NCBI RefSeq assembly: GCF_001194135.2
Contig: NC_068991.1
Location: 57,176,535-57,240,534, forward strand
Direction of reading: 5' to 3'
Origin: Octopus bimaculoides
Taxonomy: Eukaryota
DNA: 64,000 nt
Shown here: positions 49,371-62,727 of the stretch, piece after piece
How the letters are laid out: each line of letters begins with the position of its first letter
How positions within the stretch are numbered: position 1 is the first letter of the stretch
Position numbers and translations under genes: made by a program
The notes under the pieces: generated by a model
Told to the model about the DNA's origin: nothing
The model's input: the letters and a program-made list of their open reading frames with translations, nothing else
Databases searched by the model: none

Positions 49371-50403
49371 TAAATTTCTCTTTATACATGTCCTGGAAAT
49401 TCGACACAGCCTTGGCTTTGTTGTCTCACTTTATTTAATATACACATGCTCATACACGACCCGCATTAGACTCCCCACTCGGATTATTATCGAACCGAGA
49501 TTTTAACTGCGATCCTTCCATAGCATGTACATAGCCTTACCTACCACCTTGGGCTTTCTGGATACCAATAAATCTTATATATATATATATATATAATAAT
49601 TTTTTTCCAGAGGATGTAGCAACCGTTACCAATATAGCATAAGAACTTACCTTAGGAGATCATTAATTAGATTCCTTAAGGGTCGTTCTCACAGTTTATA
49701 TTTATATCATAAGATTTTTAAACTTTTAAATTTTCATATTCAAAAGAGACANNNNNNNNNNNNNNNNNNNNNNNNNNNNNNNNNNNNNNNNNNNNNNNNN
49801 NNNNNNNNNNNNNNNNNNNNNNNNNNNNNNNNNNNNNNNNNNNNNNNNNNNNNNNNNNNNNNNNNNNNNNNNNNNNNNNNNNNNNNNNNNNNNNNNNNNN
49901 NNNNNNNNNNNNNNNNNNNNNNNNNNNNNNNNNNNNNNNNNNNNNNNNNNNNNNNNNNNNNNNNNNNNNNNNNNNNNNNNNNNNNNNNNNNNNNNNNNNN
50001 NNNNNNNNNNNNNNNNNNNNNNNNNNNNNNNNNNNNNNNNNNNNNNNNNNNNNNNNNNNNNNNNNNNNNNNNNNNNNNNNNNNNNNNNNNNNNNNNNNNN
50101 NNNNNNNNNNNNNNNNNNNNNNNNNNNNNNNNNNNNNNNNNNNNNNNNNNNNNNNNNNNNNNNNNNNNNNNNNNNNNNNNTATATATATATATATGTATA
50201 ATTCTATATATGCATACATACAAGCTCATGAAGGTGGTTTCAATTCCTGGACCGGGCGATGTGTTGTGTTCCAGTTTCCTGTCTAGTGGGAAAATATATA
50301 CTTGATATATACATACGTACATGCGTACATACATATATGTGTGTGTGTGTATGTGTGTATCTAGCTATCTATTTATACACATATTTATATATGTATATAC
50401 ATA

Positions 50404-50623
50404 TGCGAGGCATGGTGGTGCAAAGTTTCTGGTTTTAGGGTGTTGAGAAAGGCCTGGTTGGAGACCCAACCTACCGAGTTCTCTTACAGGGCTTAGAAGA
50501 ACTGAAGGACCGCTCTAATAATTATGTTAATGTGAGAGGGAAATATTTTGAATAAAATCATAATTAACTAATCTTCCTGCAATCTTTTCTTACGAAAGCC
50601 AGGAATTTTTCAGCACCCCCTCG
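50404..50623 (+). mobile_element. Mariner-derived MITE (about 220 bp)
   Basis: Diverged 5' TIR, 3' TIR AAAGCCAGGAATTTTTCAGCACCCCCTCG followed by TA; carries a transposase tail QGLEELKDRSNNYVNVRGKYFE*. Confidence 0.8.
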
Positions 50624-50695
50624 TATGTATTGTCTAATGAAGTCTAGCAAGCCGGAACTTCGAAGTCACCATAAACCTTCTATTTATACACGTTC

Positions 50696-50932
50696 AGGTA
50701 AGAAGCGTGCTTCCCGACTACATGAATCCGAGTAAATGTCTATGTGTGTATATATCTATGTATGTGTGTCTTTGTGTCTATGTTTGTCACCGCATCACTG
50801 CTTAACAACCGGTGTTGGAGTGTTTATGTTCCCGTAACTTAGCGGTCTTAGGGTCGATTTGTTCAACTAAAAGGTGATGCTCATGCATGGCCGCAGTCAC
50901 ATGACTGAAACAAGTAAAAGAATAAAAGAATG
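50696..50932 (+). mobile_element. SINE family A with internal deletions
   Basis: GTAAGAAGCGTGCTTCCC head, ACAACCGGTGTTGG..CCCGTAACTTAGCGG, CATGGCCGCAGTCACATGACTGAAACAAGTAAAAGAATAAAAG tail. Confidence 0.78.
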
Positions 50933-51298
50933 TATTCCACTAAAATGTCTTGCGTAATTCCTTAATTTAATGTTTCTTTTAAATATAACTTGAAATAAAA
51001 CAAACATTGATATCTATGTATGTGTTAGCGTGTCGTGTATGAAGTTATCAAAGTTCGAATCGGTAATCCATACCTGTCGATTGCCGATCTTTTGTGTAAA
51101 TCTGTTATAGGAAAAAAACAAGCAGTGATATCCAAAGATGCTGTCAAAACAGTTTAACCGTTCAAATGGAATTACTGTTGGACTTCATTGTACGATTTTT
51201 TTTTTAAAAAGAGAAGTGATGTATGAGTGAAGATTGTGTTTGGTTAAGATTAAAAATTGAATCAGCTTAAAGATTAAATAAAAAACCGAATCTGAGTC

Positions 51299-51606
51299 AA
51301 AGGAATTCTTTGGGGTTTGGATAATTCACCTTTGGAAACATGGGTGTTTCGTTCGACATCCTCAATCAACCCTTATTCAGGGACCTTTTGATCGGGATGG
51401 GCTACTCGACCTGAAGAAAATTCTAACTAGGCCCCACCTGCAAGGTCAAGCGCTGTTTATCTTGATATGAGATCACCGTGTCGCGCACATATGGTTGTGA
51501 TGCCTGGTGTACCCTTATCAGACGGATAGTCATGATGGGTATACTGGGCTTCGTATATTTCACCCCAGTGTCACTTTGAGGACATACATTGCTCTCTCAC
51601 ACACTC

Positions 51607-51686
<80 letters not shown>

Positions 51687-51702
51687 TGATAATAATAATA
51701 AT
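51299..51702 (+). mobile_element. 3' end of a non-LTR retroposon with (AAT)n tail (tail from 51607)
   Basis: GC-richer, repeat-like block ending CTCTCACACTC directly followed by (AAT)n; short reading PLFRDLLIGMGYST*; family assignment from recognition only. Confidence 0.55.
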
Positions 51703-51703
51703 A

Positions 51704-51893
51704 TTCGAGGTAGGGGTAAGTCGATTATATCGACCCCCGTATTCAACTGGTACTTATTTTATAGACTCCGTCAGCATGACAGGCAAAGTCGACTTCGGCG
51801 TCTACAGAATTTGAATTTAAAGCATAAAGACGGACGATATGCCGCTAAGCATTTTGTTTGGCATGCTAACGATTCTGCCAGCTCGTCGCCTTA
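51704..51893 (-). mobile_element. SINE family B
   Basis: AGTCGATTATATCGACCCC..AGGCAAAGTCGAC..CTAACGATTCTGCCAGCTCGTCGCCTTA. Confidence 0.85.
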
Positions 51894-52348
51894 ATGATAA
51901 TAAGCATACTAATGATGATGATGATGATGATGTTGATGATGGTCATGTGTGTGTGTGTGTGTTTGTGTGTGTGTGGAAGCCACATCCATTATTGCAAAGA
52001 TGGGAAAAATGATGCTGATCGAGTAGATTTCCAATTATAGAATGGTCAGCCTGCTTGTGAAAGATTATGTGTGTGTGTGTGTTTGTGAGAGAGAGAGGGG
52101 GGGGGGAGAGATTATCCGTTCAATATATCGATTGTTTGTTGGCGTTCTTGTTTACGTGGCAGTGAGACGTGAAATGTTACGTCCGTTCATGGATGAATTA
52201 CTCCGATGAATAAAAGAATCACTGTTGCCTGCCGTTTGCTATCTGAGCCAATTATATAGTATTTAGGAATTATTAATGCAACCAATTAGGAAACAATGAA
52301 TCGAACATCAACAACAGCAACAACATTCACATCAATAACAATGACGAC

Positions 52349-52349
<1 letters not shown>

Positions 52350-52398
<49 letters not shown>

Positions 52399-52448
52399 TG
52401 ATGATGATGATGATGATGATAATGATGATGATGATGATAACAATAACA

Positions 52449-52482
<34 letters not shown>

Positions 52483-52560
52483 GTAGTAGTAGTAGTAGTA
52501 GCAGTAGTAGTAGTAGTAGTAGCAGTAGTAGTATTAGTAGTAGTAGTAGTAGTAGTAATA
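52350..52560. repeat. Compound trinucleotide microsatellite (AAT)(GAT)(ATT)(AGT)
   Basis: Visible repeat. Confidence 0.95.
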
Positions 52561-52574
52561 CTGATTGCTAAGTA

Positions 52575-52790
52575 AACATTGGCACAAGACCAGATAAATT
52601 ATTGCTTGGAGGAATATGAGAGGTGAACAGCCGATTGAATGGACACCCCGAATATCTAACCGGAACTTTATCATATTGATCCCAAGAGAATGTAAGACAA
52701 AATCGACCACTCTGGGATTTGAACTCAGAATGTTATGAACAGATACTGTAAAGCACTCACTCTAGTATTTTACTCATTCACCACGTCAGA
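52575..52790 (-). mobile_element. SINE family B, very diverged
   Basis: TTGGCACAAGACCAG tail and GGATTTGAACTCAGAATG B-box. Confidence 0.5.
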
Positions 52791-53341
52791 AATGATGCTA
52801 ATCCTTTGCTTTTCTAAAACGTTTGCATAAAGCTGTCCTAAACGCCCATACTTGTTTTCAGACTTTCGGTCAGCCATTGTTTCCTACTTTCTGAGTAAAA
52901 TAAGGCTTTCCTTTTATTAGTCCTAAGTTATCCGGTGGTTGACAACAAAAAAAAAAAAAAAAAAAGAAAAACAGAGATACATACATACATACATACATAG
53001 ATTTAGATTTAGATTCAAAATTAAATATGGTACTTATGTTTAGGCACCAGAATATAGTATGGTATTATCCAAAAACCATTCTAAAAGCAAGGTGATCAAA
53101 AAATCAAAATAAGCAACACGGATTTTAAAGATGACTGCAGTGCGCACGTTTCATGGTACTCCATTTATTTAAGTAATGCGAGCATTACATTAAATGCCAT
53201 ATGTAGAGCAATCTTCAGCTGCACAAAAATGTAGTAGAATAGACATATTATAATTGTGGCAACATTTAAAATCCAAGTGGGAAAAAGAATACATAAAAAT
53301 CCATCTTGACATAGCCAAGGCTATCAGCCTATCAGCTACTT

Positions 53342-53491
53342 ACTAACCTCGATGACCTTAAACATCGAATAATAATAATAACAGCGATCAACTCAGTGGA
53401 TCGTGATATACTGGTACGTATCTGGGAGGAATTCTCTTATCGCATTGATGTTGCCCGTGCTGCAGGTGGTGGCCACGTTGAACACTTGTAA
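53342..53491 (+). mobile_element. Tc1/mariner-superfamily transposase C-terminal remnant
   Basis: TNLDDLKHRIIIITAINSVDRDILVRIWEEFSYRIDVARAAGGGHVEHL* matches the L.DLK.RI..AI...W..F..R....GGH.EHL terminus; absent from the ORF track. Confidence 0.78.
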
Positions 53492-53603
53492 GACAGGAAA
53501 TAAAAGTTGATTATGAGTAAATACTTGCGATTTAGCTGGAGTTTTCTATTGCTTTTCCTCATTAAAATATTGCGTAATGAAATCGTTTCATTCTTTTTGA
53601 ATA

Positions 53604-53649
<46 letters not shown>

Positions 53650-54109
53650 CAGTGTGACTAAATGTGTGAGTGCTTGCTACTGTTTATGATTTAGTTAATA
53701 CATGTACCTATCAAGACATCGATAGCGGAAGAACAAAACAAAACAAAACAACTTGTTCAGTAGTTCAAACTATCGAGCTATCATCCCAAATATACATTCA
53801 AATGTTTATAAACACACACAAACACCGTCCACTACACACATTCACACAGACACAAACACATTAGCATACACACATATTCACACACGCAAAATACTAATAG
53901 AATTAAATAAGATGATATTAAAATAATCTGCACCAACAGTTCATATTGATGATGATAAATACTGTCCAAGTGAAAGAAATCAACATCTGAAATTAATTGA
54001 AAATTTATGTATTTTTCCTTTGTTTTTTTTTTCCTTATACTTCAATTTCAAACGCATTTTCCGCCATTGTAAAGTATATCAATCGATGATCTCTAACATA
54101 TTCATGGGC

Positions 54110-54140
<31 letters not shown>

Positions 54141-54169
54141 AATACACACACACACACACACACACAATG

Positions 54170-54223
<54 letters not shown>

Positions 54224-54289
54224 CCTTTCACTTGAAGCGCGTAGCTCCAAACGTCAAAGACATTCTCTATTGTCTAAGGTCTCGGTTGT

Positions 54290-55195
54290 GCTCACAAACC
54301 CCCTGCAGCAACTGTGCCTCTACCATTCCGAAATCCATTAAGCTGGCAAAGGCATCATTTAGTCTATTTAAGATAATCCTTCCAAGGATCTTCCCAGCAA
54401 CACACAAAAGGGAAATACCTTTATGGCTGTCACATTCACATTTGTTCTTATAAAGATGGACAATAGAAGCATCTTTGAACTCCTGTAGAACTGATCCTGA
54501 TTCCCAGATTAAGGAGAAGAGTTCACATAACCTGTTCAGCAGGAGATTGCCACCACATTTATATATCTCGGTTGGTATGCCATAATTGGCAGACAATTTT
54601 CCATTCATGAGTTGTTTTATTTTTTGCTTATTTTTATTTCAGCATTTTATTTCAGCATTTGATGGAGCGACTGACAGTTCTTCAAGAACAGGACTTCATG
54701 GTAGGTTGATGGGGAGTTCTTAATCAACAATTGAGTCCATATTCAGAACATTTGTGATCTTTTCATCTGTCAGAAGATTACCCTCAGTTGAAAGAAAGGG
54801 AGTTGAGCCAACAGATGCAAATGCTAAAACATCCCTTAAATTCTGGTAGAATGACCTGAAGTCACATTTATCTACAGCTTCTTACAATTCTTGTGCATTC
54901 CTTTGCCACCATATCTGTTTCATTTACATCAGTTGAGATTGATATGTATTTCTGGCCTTTTTAAACACATTGTGTTTTGTCGCATTATTTCTATTTGGCA
55001 TACATTGACAGTGGCACTTGTGCACATTGTCCAAGAGATGAAGAAATGTTTGGATCATTTGCATCAAACCGATCTTGGTGCTTCCTCTTAACATACCCAA
55101 ATGTTTCATAGAATGACTCAAATACATTTTAAAAAACAGACCAAGTTGATTCAATATCTGTGTTGTCTGAGATGCTCTCAAGTTTGTTGTCACAG
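54290..55195 (-). pseudogene. RTE-BovB-like LINE fragment (linker plus RT N-terminus)
   Basis: KRKHQDRFDANDPNI, then GIPTEIYKCGG..LFSLIWESGSVLQEFKDASIVHLYK..HKGISLLCVAGKILGRIILNRL. Confidence 0.9.
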
Positions 55196-55985
55196 GTTGT
55201 TTGACATGAGATTAAATTAAAGAAGGGAAGACGGAGGAAGAAAAATCGCCAACGATATACACGAGGTTATATATATATGTATGTATGTATATTTACATGC
55301 ATATGTATATATATATATATTTGGCAAATACCGTGAACTGAGACGAATAATAGAGAAGTGCAATAGAAGCAGTACATGTATTTATTAGTGGAATAATGAC
55401 CCTCCCGAAATACAACGAAATTTATTCCAACATTCGAGTTTACATCATGTCTTGCAAACCGAATAGAAAAACAAAATATTTATGAATGATATTCTCCTGT
55501 CTACATACAAACTGACTTATTTTTGTTGATCAATTTTTTTTTTCCAGTTCTTATTTTTTGTTCAGTTTATCGATCAAGTAACTTAGTGTTTGTTGAAATT
55601 TTACTTATTCTTTTCAAATCTTGTTATTTTCGTTCGTTTGGTTCCTATCACACTACGCAAACCAAGCAGTTTCCTACATATACACATTCACATTTAACTT
55701 CATAAACAACACACAAACCAGAAAGACAGACTCGCGCGTATGAGCGCATATACTGTCACTGAAGCAGATGCTCATACGCGCATGCGCACCACACACACAT
55801 GTATGTGCATGTATATAAATATATGTGTATGTATACATGTGTGTGTGTGTGTGTGTGTTTCTGTGCATATGTACACACATTGTATATATATATATATAAA
55901 AGTATACATAGTATATACGTATATCTATACACACACACATACATGCACACATATATATGTATGTATTTATACCTATCTATATGTA

Positions 55986-56018
<33 letters not shown>

Positions 56019-56794
56019 NNNNNNNNNNNNNNNNNNNNNNNNNNNNNNNNNNNNNNNNNNNNNNNNNNNNNNNNNNNNNNNNNNNNNNNNNNNNNNNNNN
56101 NNNNNNNNNNNNNNNNNNNNNNNNNNNNNNNNNNNNNNNNNNNNNNNNNNNNNNNNNNNNNNNNNNNNNNNNNNNNNNNNNNNNNNNNNNNNNNNNNNNN
56201 NNNNNNNNNNNNNNNNNNNNNNNNNNNNNNAAACCAAAAAAAAAACGAGGAATTATTTTCATCTATCGATCCAAGAACAACATTATAAGTTAATTCGCTT
56301 TATCACTCTGATCCAATAAGGGATCGATATTCTTGGTAGTGAATTGGAAGAATGGCTAGTATGTTGTTCAAAATGTTGCTTGGTTTTGACGCTTTGCACT
56401 GTAAGTTCAAATAACGTTGAGAATAAATTTACGTTCTACACTTCCGCTGTAGATGAAATAAGATACTATTTTAAGGCAGAGGATTGACGGAATTGCTTGA
56501 GCACTGCATTATATAATTTTCAGTATTCTTATCTCATTGAGTTTTTTTAAAATTTTTTGGTGATAGGTTTGGCAACCTTCACCTGATTCTTTGGCAGCTT
56601 TAGCGAAGCTCACTGTTGTTAACATCATCTCAGGGTATGCTTTTGGTTTAAGGGTAAATGCATCCCGTGTCCTAGCAGCCTTGCTGGCTCTAAGAAACTA
56701 AGACGTCATGCACTCTACGTTTCCTAGATTAATGCGGAAAACTGCACGTGATCAATCGACCTTTAAAAAACAGTAACCAAATTTGCGACTCAAA

Positions 56795-56942
56795 ATCGAA
56801 ATTTGTTTCCCAGTCACACGGTTCTGGTTCAGTCCCACTGCGGAGAACCATTTCGAAGTGTCTTTCACTATTGCTCCAGGCCACCAAAAGCCTTGTGAGC
56901 GGATTTGGCCGGCGGAAACTGATAGAAGCCTGTCGTATATAT
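56795..56942 (+). mobile_element. SINE family A head
   Basis: GGTTCAGTCCCACTGCG..AAGCCTTGTGAGCGGATTTGG..GGAAACTGATAGAAGCCTGTCGTATAT. Confidence 0.8.
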
Positions 56943-57198
56943 ATCGTTGCTATTATACAAAAGTGTCGTAAGTTCAAAATGTTCCTTTTTCAGAAAACGA
57001 AAAAGTAGTTTCATCATTCCATAGCAAAACCGTTGTACTACACTTTGACAAGTTTTGATATCATGGCATCTGAAGCAGTTGGAGATACGATAGTTTGAAC
57101 AAAAGAATCTCGGCTATTGCCAACAAAAATAAATATTGAAAAAAAAACGCATTTGGCCAAATTTGGACATGCGACAGTTGAGCATAATAGCAACGATA

Positions 57199-57233
<35 letters not shown>

Positions 57234-57243
57234 NNNNNNNNNN

Positions 57244-57274
<31 letters not shown>

Positions 57275-57280
<6 letters not shown>

Positions 57281-57488
57281 TTGTGTGCCTATGCTTGTCC
57301 CTCACAGCATCGCTTGACAACCGATGCTGGTGTGTTTACATCCCCGTAATTAGAGGTTCGGCACAAGCGACCGATAGAATAAGTATAAGGCTTACAAATA
57401 ATAAGTCCCGGGGTCGATTTGCTTGACTAAAAGGCAGTGCTCCATCTTGGCCGCAGTCAAATGACTGAAACAAATAAAAGAATAAAGG
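57275..57488 (+). mobile_element. SINE family A 3' half
   Basis: CGCTTGACAACCGATGCTGGTGTGTTTAC..GACCGATAGAATAAG..GGCCGCAGTCAAATGACTGAAACAA. Confidence 0.85.
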
Positions 57489-58296
57489 AAAAAAGAATAT
57501 ACTTATACATACATACACGCACACACACACATTAGTTGTCCTGGAATTATTGTAGAAAGTAGTTAGCTGATGTATTATGGAGTGGTCCGAGTACCAAAGA
57601 ATCAATTAGTCGCGAAGCGAACTTCTCAAAAATCATGCCTTCCTGTATGATGTGTGAGAGTCGAATTATGCTTATCTGTGTGTGTGTGTGTGTGTGTGTG
57701 TGTNNNNNNNNNNNNNNNNNNNNNNNNNNNNNNNNNNNNNNNNNNNNNNNNNNNNNNNNNNNNNNNNNNNNNNNNNNNNNNNNNNNNNNNNNNNNNNNNN
57801 NNNNNNNNNNNNNNNNNNNNNNNNNNNNNNNNNNNNNNNNNNNNNNNNNNNNNNNNNNNNNNNNNNNNNNNNNNNNNNNNNNNNNNNNNNNNNNNNNNNN
57901 NNNNNNNNNNNNNNNNNNNNNNNNNNNNNNNNNNNNNNNNNNNNNNNNNATATGTAATTAGTATTATGTATGGATGTATGTATGTTATATATATATATAT
58001 ATATATATATATGCGTACATACATATATACTATGTATACATTATATGAATTATATATACATTATATATAAATGTGCATATTACACTTATATTCATTATAT
58101 GTATATATTACACTTATATACATTGTATATAAATGTATACATTATACTTGTGCATGTGTGCGCACATAAAAATAGACAGACGTAGAGAGAAAAAAGATGC
58201 ATGCAGAAAGAGAGAGAGGGGGAGAGGGAGAGAGAGGGAGAGAGAGAGACATACATACATACAGAGAGAGAGAGAGAAAGAAAGAGAGAGAGATAT

Positions 58297-58357
<61 letters not shown>

Positions 58358-60019
58358 GATTGAAACAAAATGAGAGAATGCTATTTTTCTCTGACCCTTT
58401 TTGCAATCTTTCTCTGAACAAATTTTAAACTCGATGAAAAGTATAAAGTGGAAGTCAGGTCAGGATTATTGGGACTCAGAAGGAGGGGGCTGGGATTGCA
58501 AGGGATGGGAAATAGAATTAGTGTGATGGAATGGAATCGGGAGATTAAANNNNNNNNNNNNNNNNNNNNNNNNNNNNNNNNNNNNNNNNNNNNNNNNNNN
58601 NNNNNNNNNNNNNNNNNNNNNNNNNNNNNNNNNNNNNNNNNNNNNNNNNNNNNNNNNNNNNNNNNNNNNNNNNNNNNNNNNNNNNNNNNNNNNNNNNNNN
58701 NNNNNNNNNNNNNNNNNNNNNNNNNNNNNNNNNNNNNNNNNNNNNNNNNNNNNNNNNNNNNNNNNNNNNNNNNNNNNNNNNNNNNNNNNNNNNNNNNNNN
58801 NNNNNNNNNNNNNNNNNNNNNNNNNNNNNNNNNNNNNNNNNNNNNNNNNNNNNNNNNNNNNNNNNNNNNNNNNNNNNNNNNNNNNNNNNNNNNNNNNNNN
58901 NNNNNNNNNNNNNNNNNNNNNNNNNNNNNNNNNNNNNNNNNNNNNNNNNNNNNNNNNNNNNNNNNNNNNNNNNNNNNNNNNNNNNNNNNNNNNNNNNNNN
59001 NNNNNNNNNNNNNNNNNNNNNNNNNNNNNNNNNNNNNNNNNNNNNNNNNNNNNNNNNNNNNNNNNNNNNNNNNNNNNNNNNNNNNNNNNNNNNNNNNNNN
59101 NNNNNNNNNNNNNNNNNNNNNNNNNNNNNNNNNNNNNNNNNNNNNNNNNNNNNNNNNNNNNNNNNNNNNNNNNNNNNNNNNNNNNNNNNNNNNNNNNNNN
59201 NNNNNNNNNNNNNNNNNNNNNNNNNNNNNNNNNNNNNNNNNNNNNNNNNNNNNNNNNNNNNNNNNNNNNNNNNNNNNNNNNNNNNNNNNNNNNNNNNNNN
59301 NNNNNNNNNNNNNNNNNNNNNNNNNNNNNNNNNNNNNNNNNNNNNNNNNNNNNNNNNNNNNNNNNNNNNNNNNNNNNNNNNNNNNNNNNNNNNNNNNNNN
59401 NNNNNNNNNNNNNNNNNNNNNNNNNNNNNNNNNNNNNNNNNNNATATATATATATATATATATATAAACATACATACACACACACATATATGCACCACTT
59501 GCAAACATACAGATACATATACTTACATGTAATCTCATAGAATCATCCATGTGTTTGTGTGCATGTGTTTATTTTTCTGCATGTGTGTGTGTGTGTGTGT
59601 GTGTGATAGACAAGTTTCATTTTTCCTAAAGGTTATAAAGGGGAATACGAACGCGATGGTTGGGGGTGGGTTCAGTTTATTAGGATTTTCCTCCAAACTG
59701 GATGTGGGTGAAATAATTCAAAGAGTGATCGAGATATTATGGCGAATTTGAAGATGGGAAATAAGTAGTAAAAATGTGGACAGCAGGCTGAGATATTGAA
59801 AGAATTAAATAGAAGCAGTAATTGAAAAGGAGGCTGGGGGAAAGTACAGATAAATAAATAAATGAATAAATAAATAAAAAAGACGGTATAATGACGGAGT
59901 GGTAGTGGTGCTGGTGTTGGGGATGGTGGTTGTGTTAGGATAAATACGAGGCGTGAGTATACAATATAAACATTGAATGATAAGCAAAGGGAGGTGGGGG
60001 GTTTCGGCAAGGCAGAAGC

Positions 60020-60041
60020 AATAATGATAATAATAATAATG

Positions 60042-60096
<55 letters not shown>

Positions 60097-60252
60097 TAAT
60101 AACGACAATAATACTAATATTAATAATATGATAATAATATGACGTTGATGATAATAATAATAATGATAATAATAACAATAACAACTATAATAATAATAGA
60201 AAAAATATGATAATAATGACATTGGTAGTAGTGATGATAATAACAAATTATG

Positions 60253-60286
<34 letters not shown>

Positions 60287-60381
60287 TGATAATAATAATA
60301 ATGATAATAATAATAATGACAATGATAGTAATAATAATGCTAATAATATTAATAATGGTTTCAAATTTTGGCACAAAGCCA

Positions 60382-60454
<73 letters not shown>

Positions 60455-60455
60455 T
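60020..60455. repeat. Long degenerate (AAT)n tract containing a 27-bp SINE B tail remnant
   Basis: Visible repeat; GGTTTCAAATTTTGGCACAAAGCCAG near 60357-60382. Confidence 0.92.
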
Positions 60456-60943
60456 ATGAAAGCTAAATGTGAATTTAATATGAATATATTAAAGAAATAT
60501 ACATATATAAAATGAAGACAACTGGCATATCCGGAATATTTGTGAGTAAGATTCAAACTGAAAGATAGTACAATAATTGAAAGACTGGGGCCAGGATATT
60601 AAAAAATATATATAGAGAGAGAGAAATATAACAAAAGGAACAAAACGAGAAAAGAAAAACAAAAAAAAAAAAATAAAGGAAAAAGAACAGAACGCGAAGT
60701 TGAGTCAAAGTGAAAGTAGATGGCTGATCGAGAAGTGTTCTGCTTTACAATTAGTGTGCGCAATCATGTCTAATGGCCTATGTAACGCTTGGTTTCACAT
60801 TCAACTTTCCTACAAGCTATCCACATTGACATTGCCGGATTTTGACAGCACAATAATTCGGAGCAAATTTCATTTTCAAACTTATTTTTTTTGTTCTCGA
60901 TAATATTATTGTGGTTNNNNNNNNNNNNNNNNNNNNNNNNNNN

Positions 60944-60963
60944 TTCTTCTTCTTCTTCTTCTT

Positions 60964-61031
<68 letters not shown>

Positions 61032-61093
61032 CATCATCATCATCATCATCATCAGCATCATCATCATCATTATTATTATTATTATTATTATTT
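60944..61093. repeat. (TTC)n(TTA)n(TCA)n(TTA)n compound microsatellite
   Basis: Visible repeat. Confidence 0.95.
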
Positions 61094-61644
61094 TAAAACT
61101 TCTCGAATATACTTGCAGATGCGCAGGCATGCATTCTTCCACTCAGACGTGCACTGTGTGTGTTTGTGTTTGTGTCTCTGCATGTATAATACGCGCACAC
61201 ACGTACGCACACCCATGCACACACACACACACACATACATACGCACACATATAATGTAAAATATGTATTATCTATCTATATATATATATGAACGCTTAAT
61301 ATATAAGCATGTATATAAAACTCACAAACAACAATACTATAATATATATATATATATATGTATACATACATAAATGTATATATATATATATGTATATGGG
61401 AGAATATACAAAAAATAACAACAGACGAGGACAGGTGGTGTAAATAACAAAAGTATATATTAGTATATGTATATATATATATATATATATAATAAAACAT
61501 ATACATATACACACATATATATATGTATATACATATATATATATATATAAACATATAAATATACATACATATATATATATATGTATATATAAATATATAC
61601 ACATATATATGAATATATACATATATATACATATATAACTATTT

Positions 61645-61676
<32 letters not shown>

Positions 61677-61694
61677 GTGTATGTATATGTGTAT

Positions 61695-61890
61695 TTGTGT
61701 GTCTGTGTTTGAACCCCCACTATCGCTTGACTATCGTTGCTGCTGTGTTTACGTCCCCGTAACTTATAGTTTCGGTAAAAGAGACTGATAAAATAAGTAC
61801 TAGGCTTACAAAGAATAAGTCCTGGGGTCGATTTGTTCGAGTAAAAGCGATGGTCGCAGTAAAATTACTGAAACAAGTAAAAGGATAAAT
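61695..61890 (+). mobile_element. SINE family A 3' half
   Basis: GTGTTTACGTCCCCGTAACTT..GGCTTACAAAGAATAAGTCCTGGGGTCGATTTG..CTGAAACAAGTAAAAG. Confidence 0.82.
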
Positions 61891-62487
61891 GAAGTAAAGA
61901 ATATTTCGTGACGTCCATATCTGTGTGCTCTATAGCTTGTATTGTGCGTGAGGTTTTATATGTTCGTCTATATAGATGTATGTATGTGTGTTTGTGCGGC
62001 GATGTGTATGAATGTGTGCGTGTGAATGTGTGTGTGTGTGTGTGTGTGTTTCTTTGGCACATGTGACAGCAATATTTCCAGCTTTTATACTAACTTGGAA
62101 CGGACAAATTTATTCCTTACAATAAACAGCACCATCTGCCGCTGCATCAGCAGCAGTACCATCACCACCACCACCACCAGCACTACCACCTCAACCACCA
62201 CCACCACCACTTCCAATCTCCGCTACCACCTCCACTCCCTAACATCACTTCCAGTCCCTCCCACCCCCACCATCATTGCAAGCAACAACAATAACGAGAA
62301 GGAATAACAGCTGCGCCATTACAAGGAATACCATTGCACAAACGACGACCAATGGCAAAACAACAATAAAAAATAAAAATAAAACAGATAAACAAAAGGG
62401 AAAGCGCTAATGGTCACTTGATATGCTGGAAATACAACCTATATCACGATCAGATCATTCCTAAAAGAAAAGATATGGGCATTAGAT

Positions 62488-62643
62488 TCGTGTTGTGAAA
62501 AACTTTGGTTCTAAACCACATCGTTCCGGAGTCAGTCTCAAAGCGTAACGCCTTGGGCAAGTATCTTCTACTATAGCGACGGTCGGACCAAAGCCTTGTG
62601 AATGGATTTGATAGACCTACCGTCTATAGGAAGACCGTCGTAT
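62488..62643 (+). mobile_element. SINE family A head
   Basis: CCTTGGGCAAGTATCTTCTACTATAG..GACCAAAGCCTTGTGAATGGATTTG. Confidence 0.75.
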
Positions 62644-62727
62644 CTATCTCTTTGTCTCTCTATCTCTCTGTCTCCCTCTTTCTCTCTCTGTGCATAAATA
62701 TATATATATATATAAATAATATATAAA

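Larger units (their letters stand above)
48900..49440. mobile_element. Foldback element with about 130-bp inverted arms and about 270-bp spacer (Penelope-like terminal-repeat derivative?)
   Basis: 48900-49030 and 49305-49440 are reverse complements at roughly 85% identity by eye. Confidence 0.85.

Noticed and set aside
56560-56710. Possible RTE 5' UTR belonging to the 54290-55195 fragment
   Set aside because: Only vague recollected similarity, and the expected endonuclease region is absent in between
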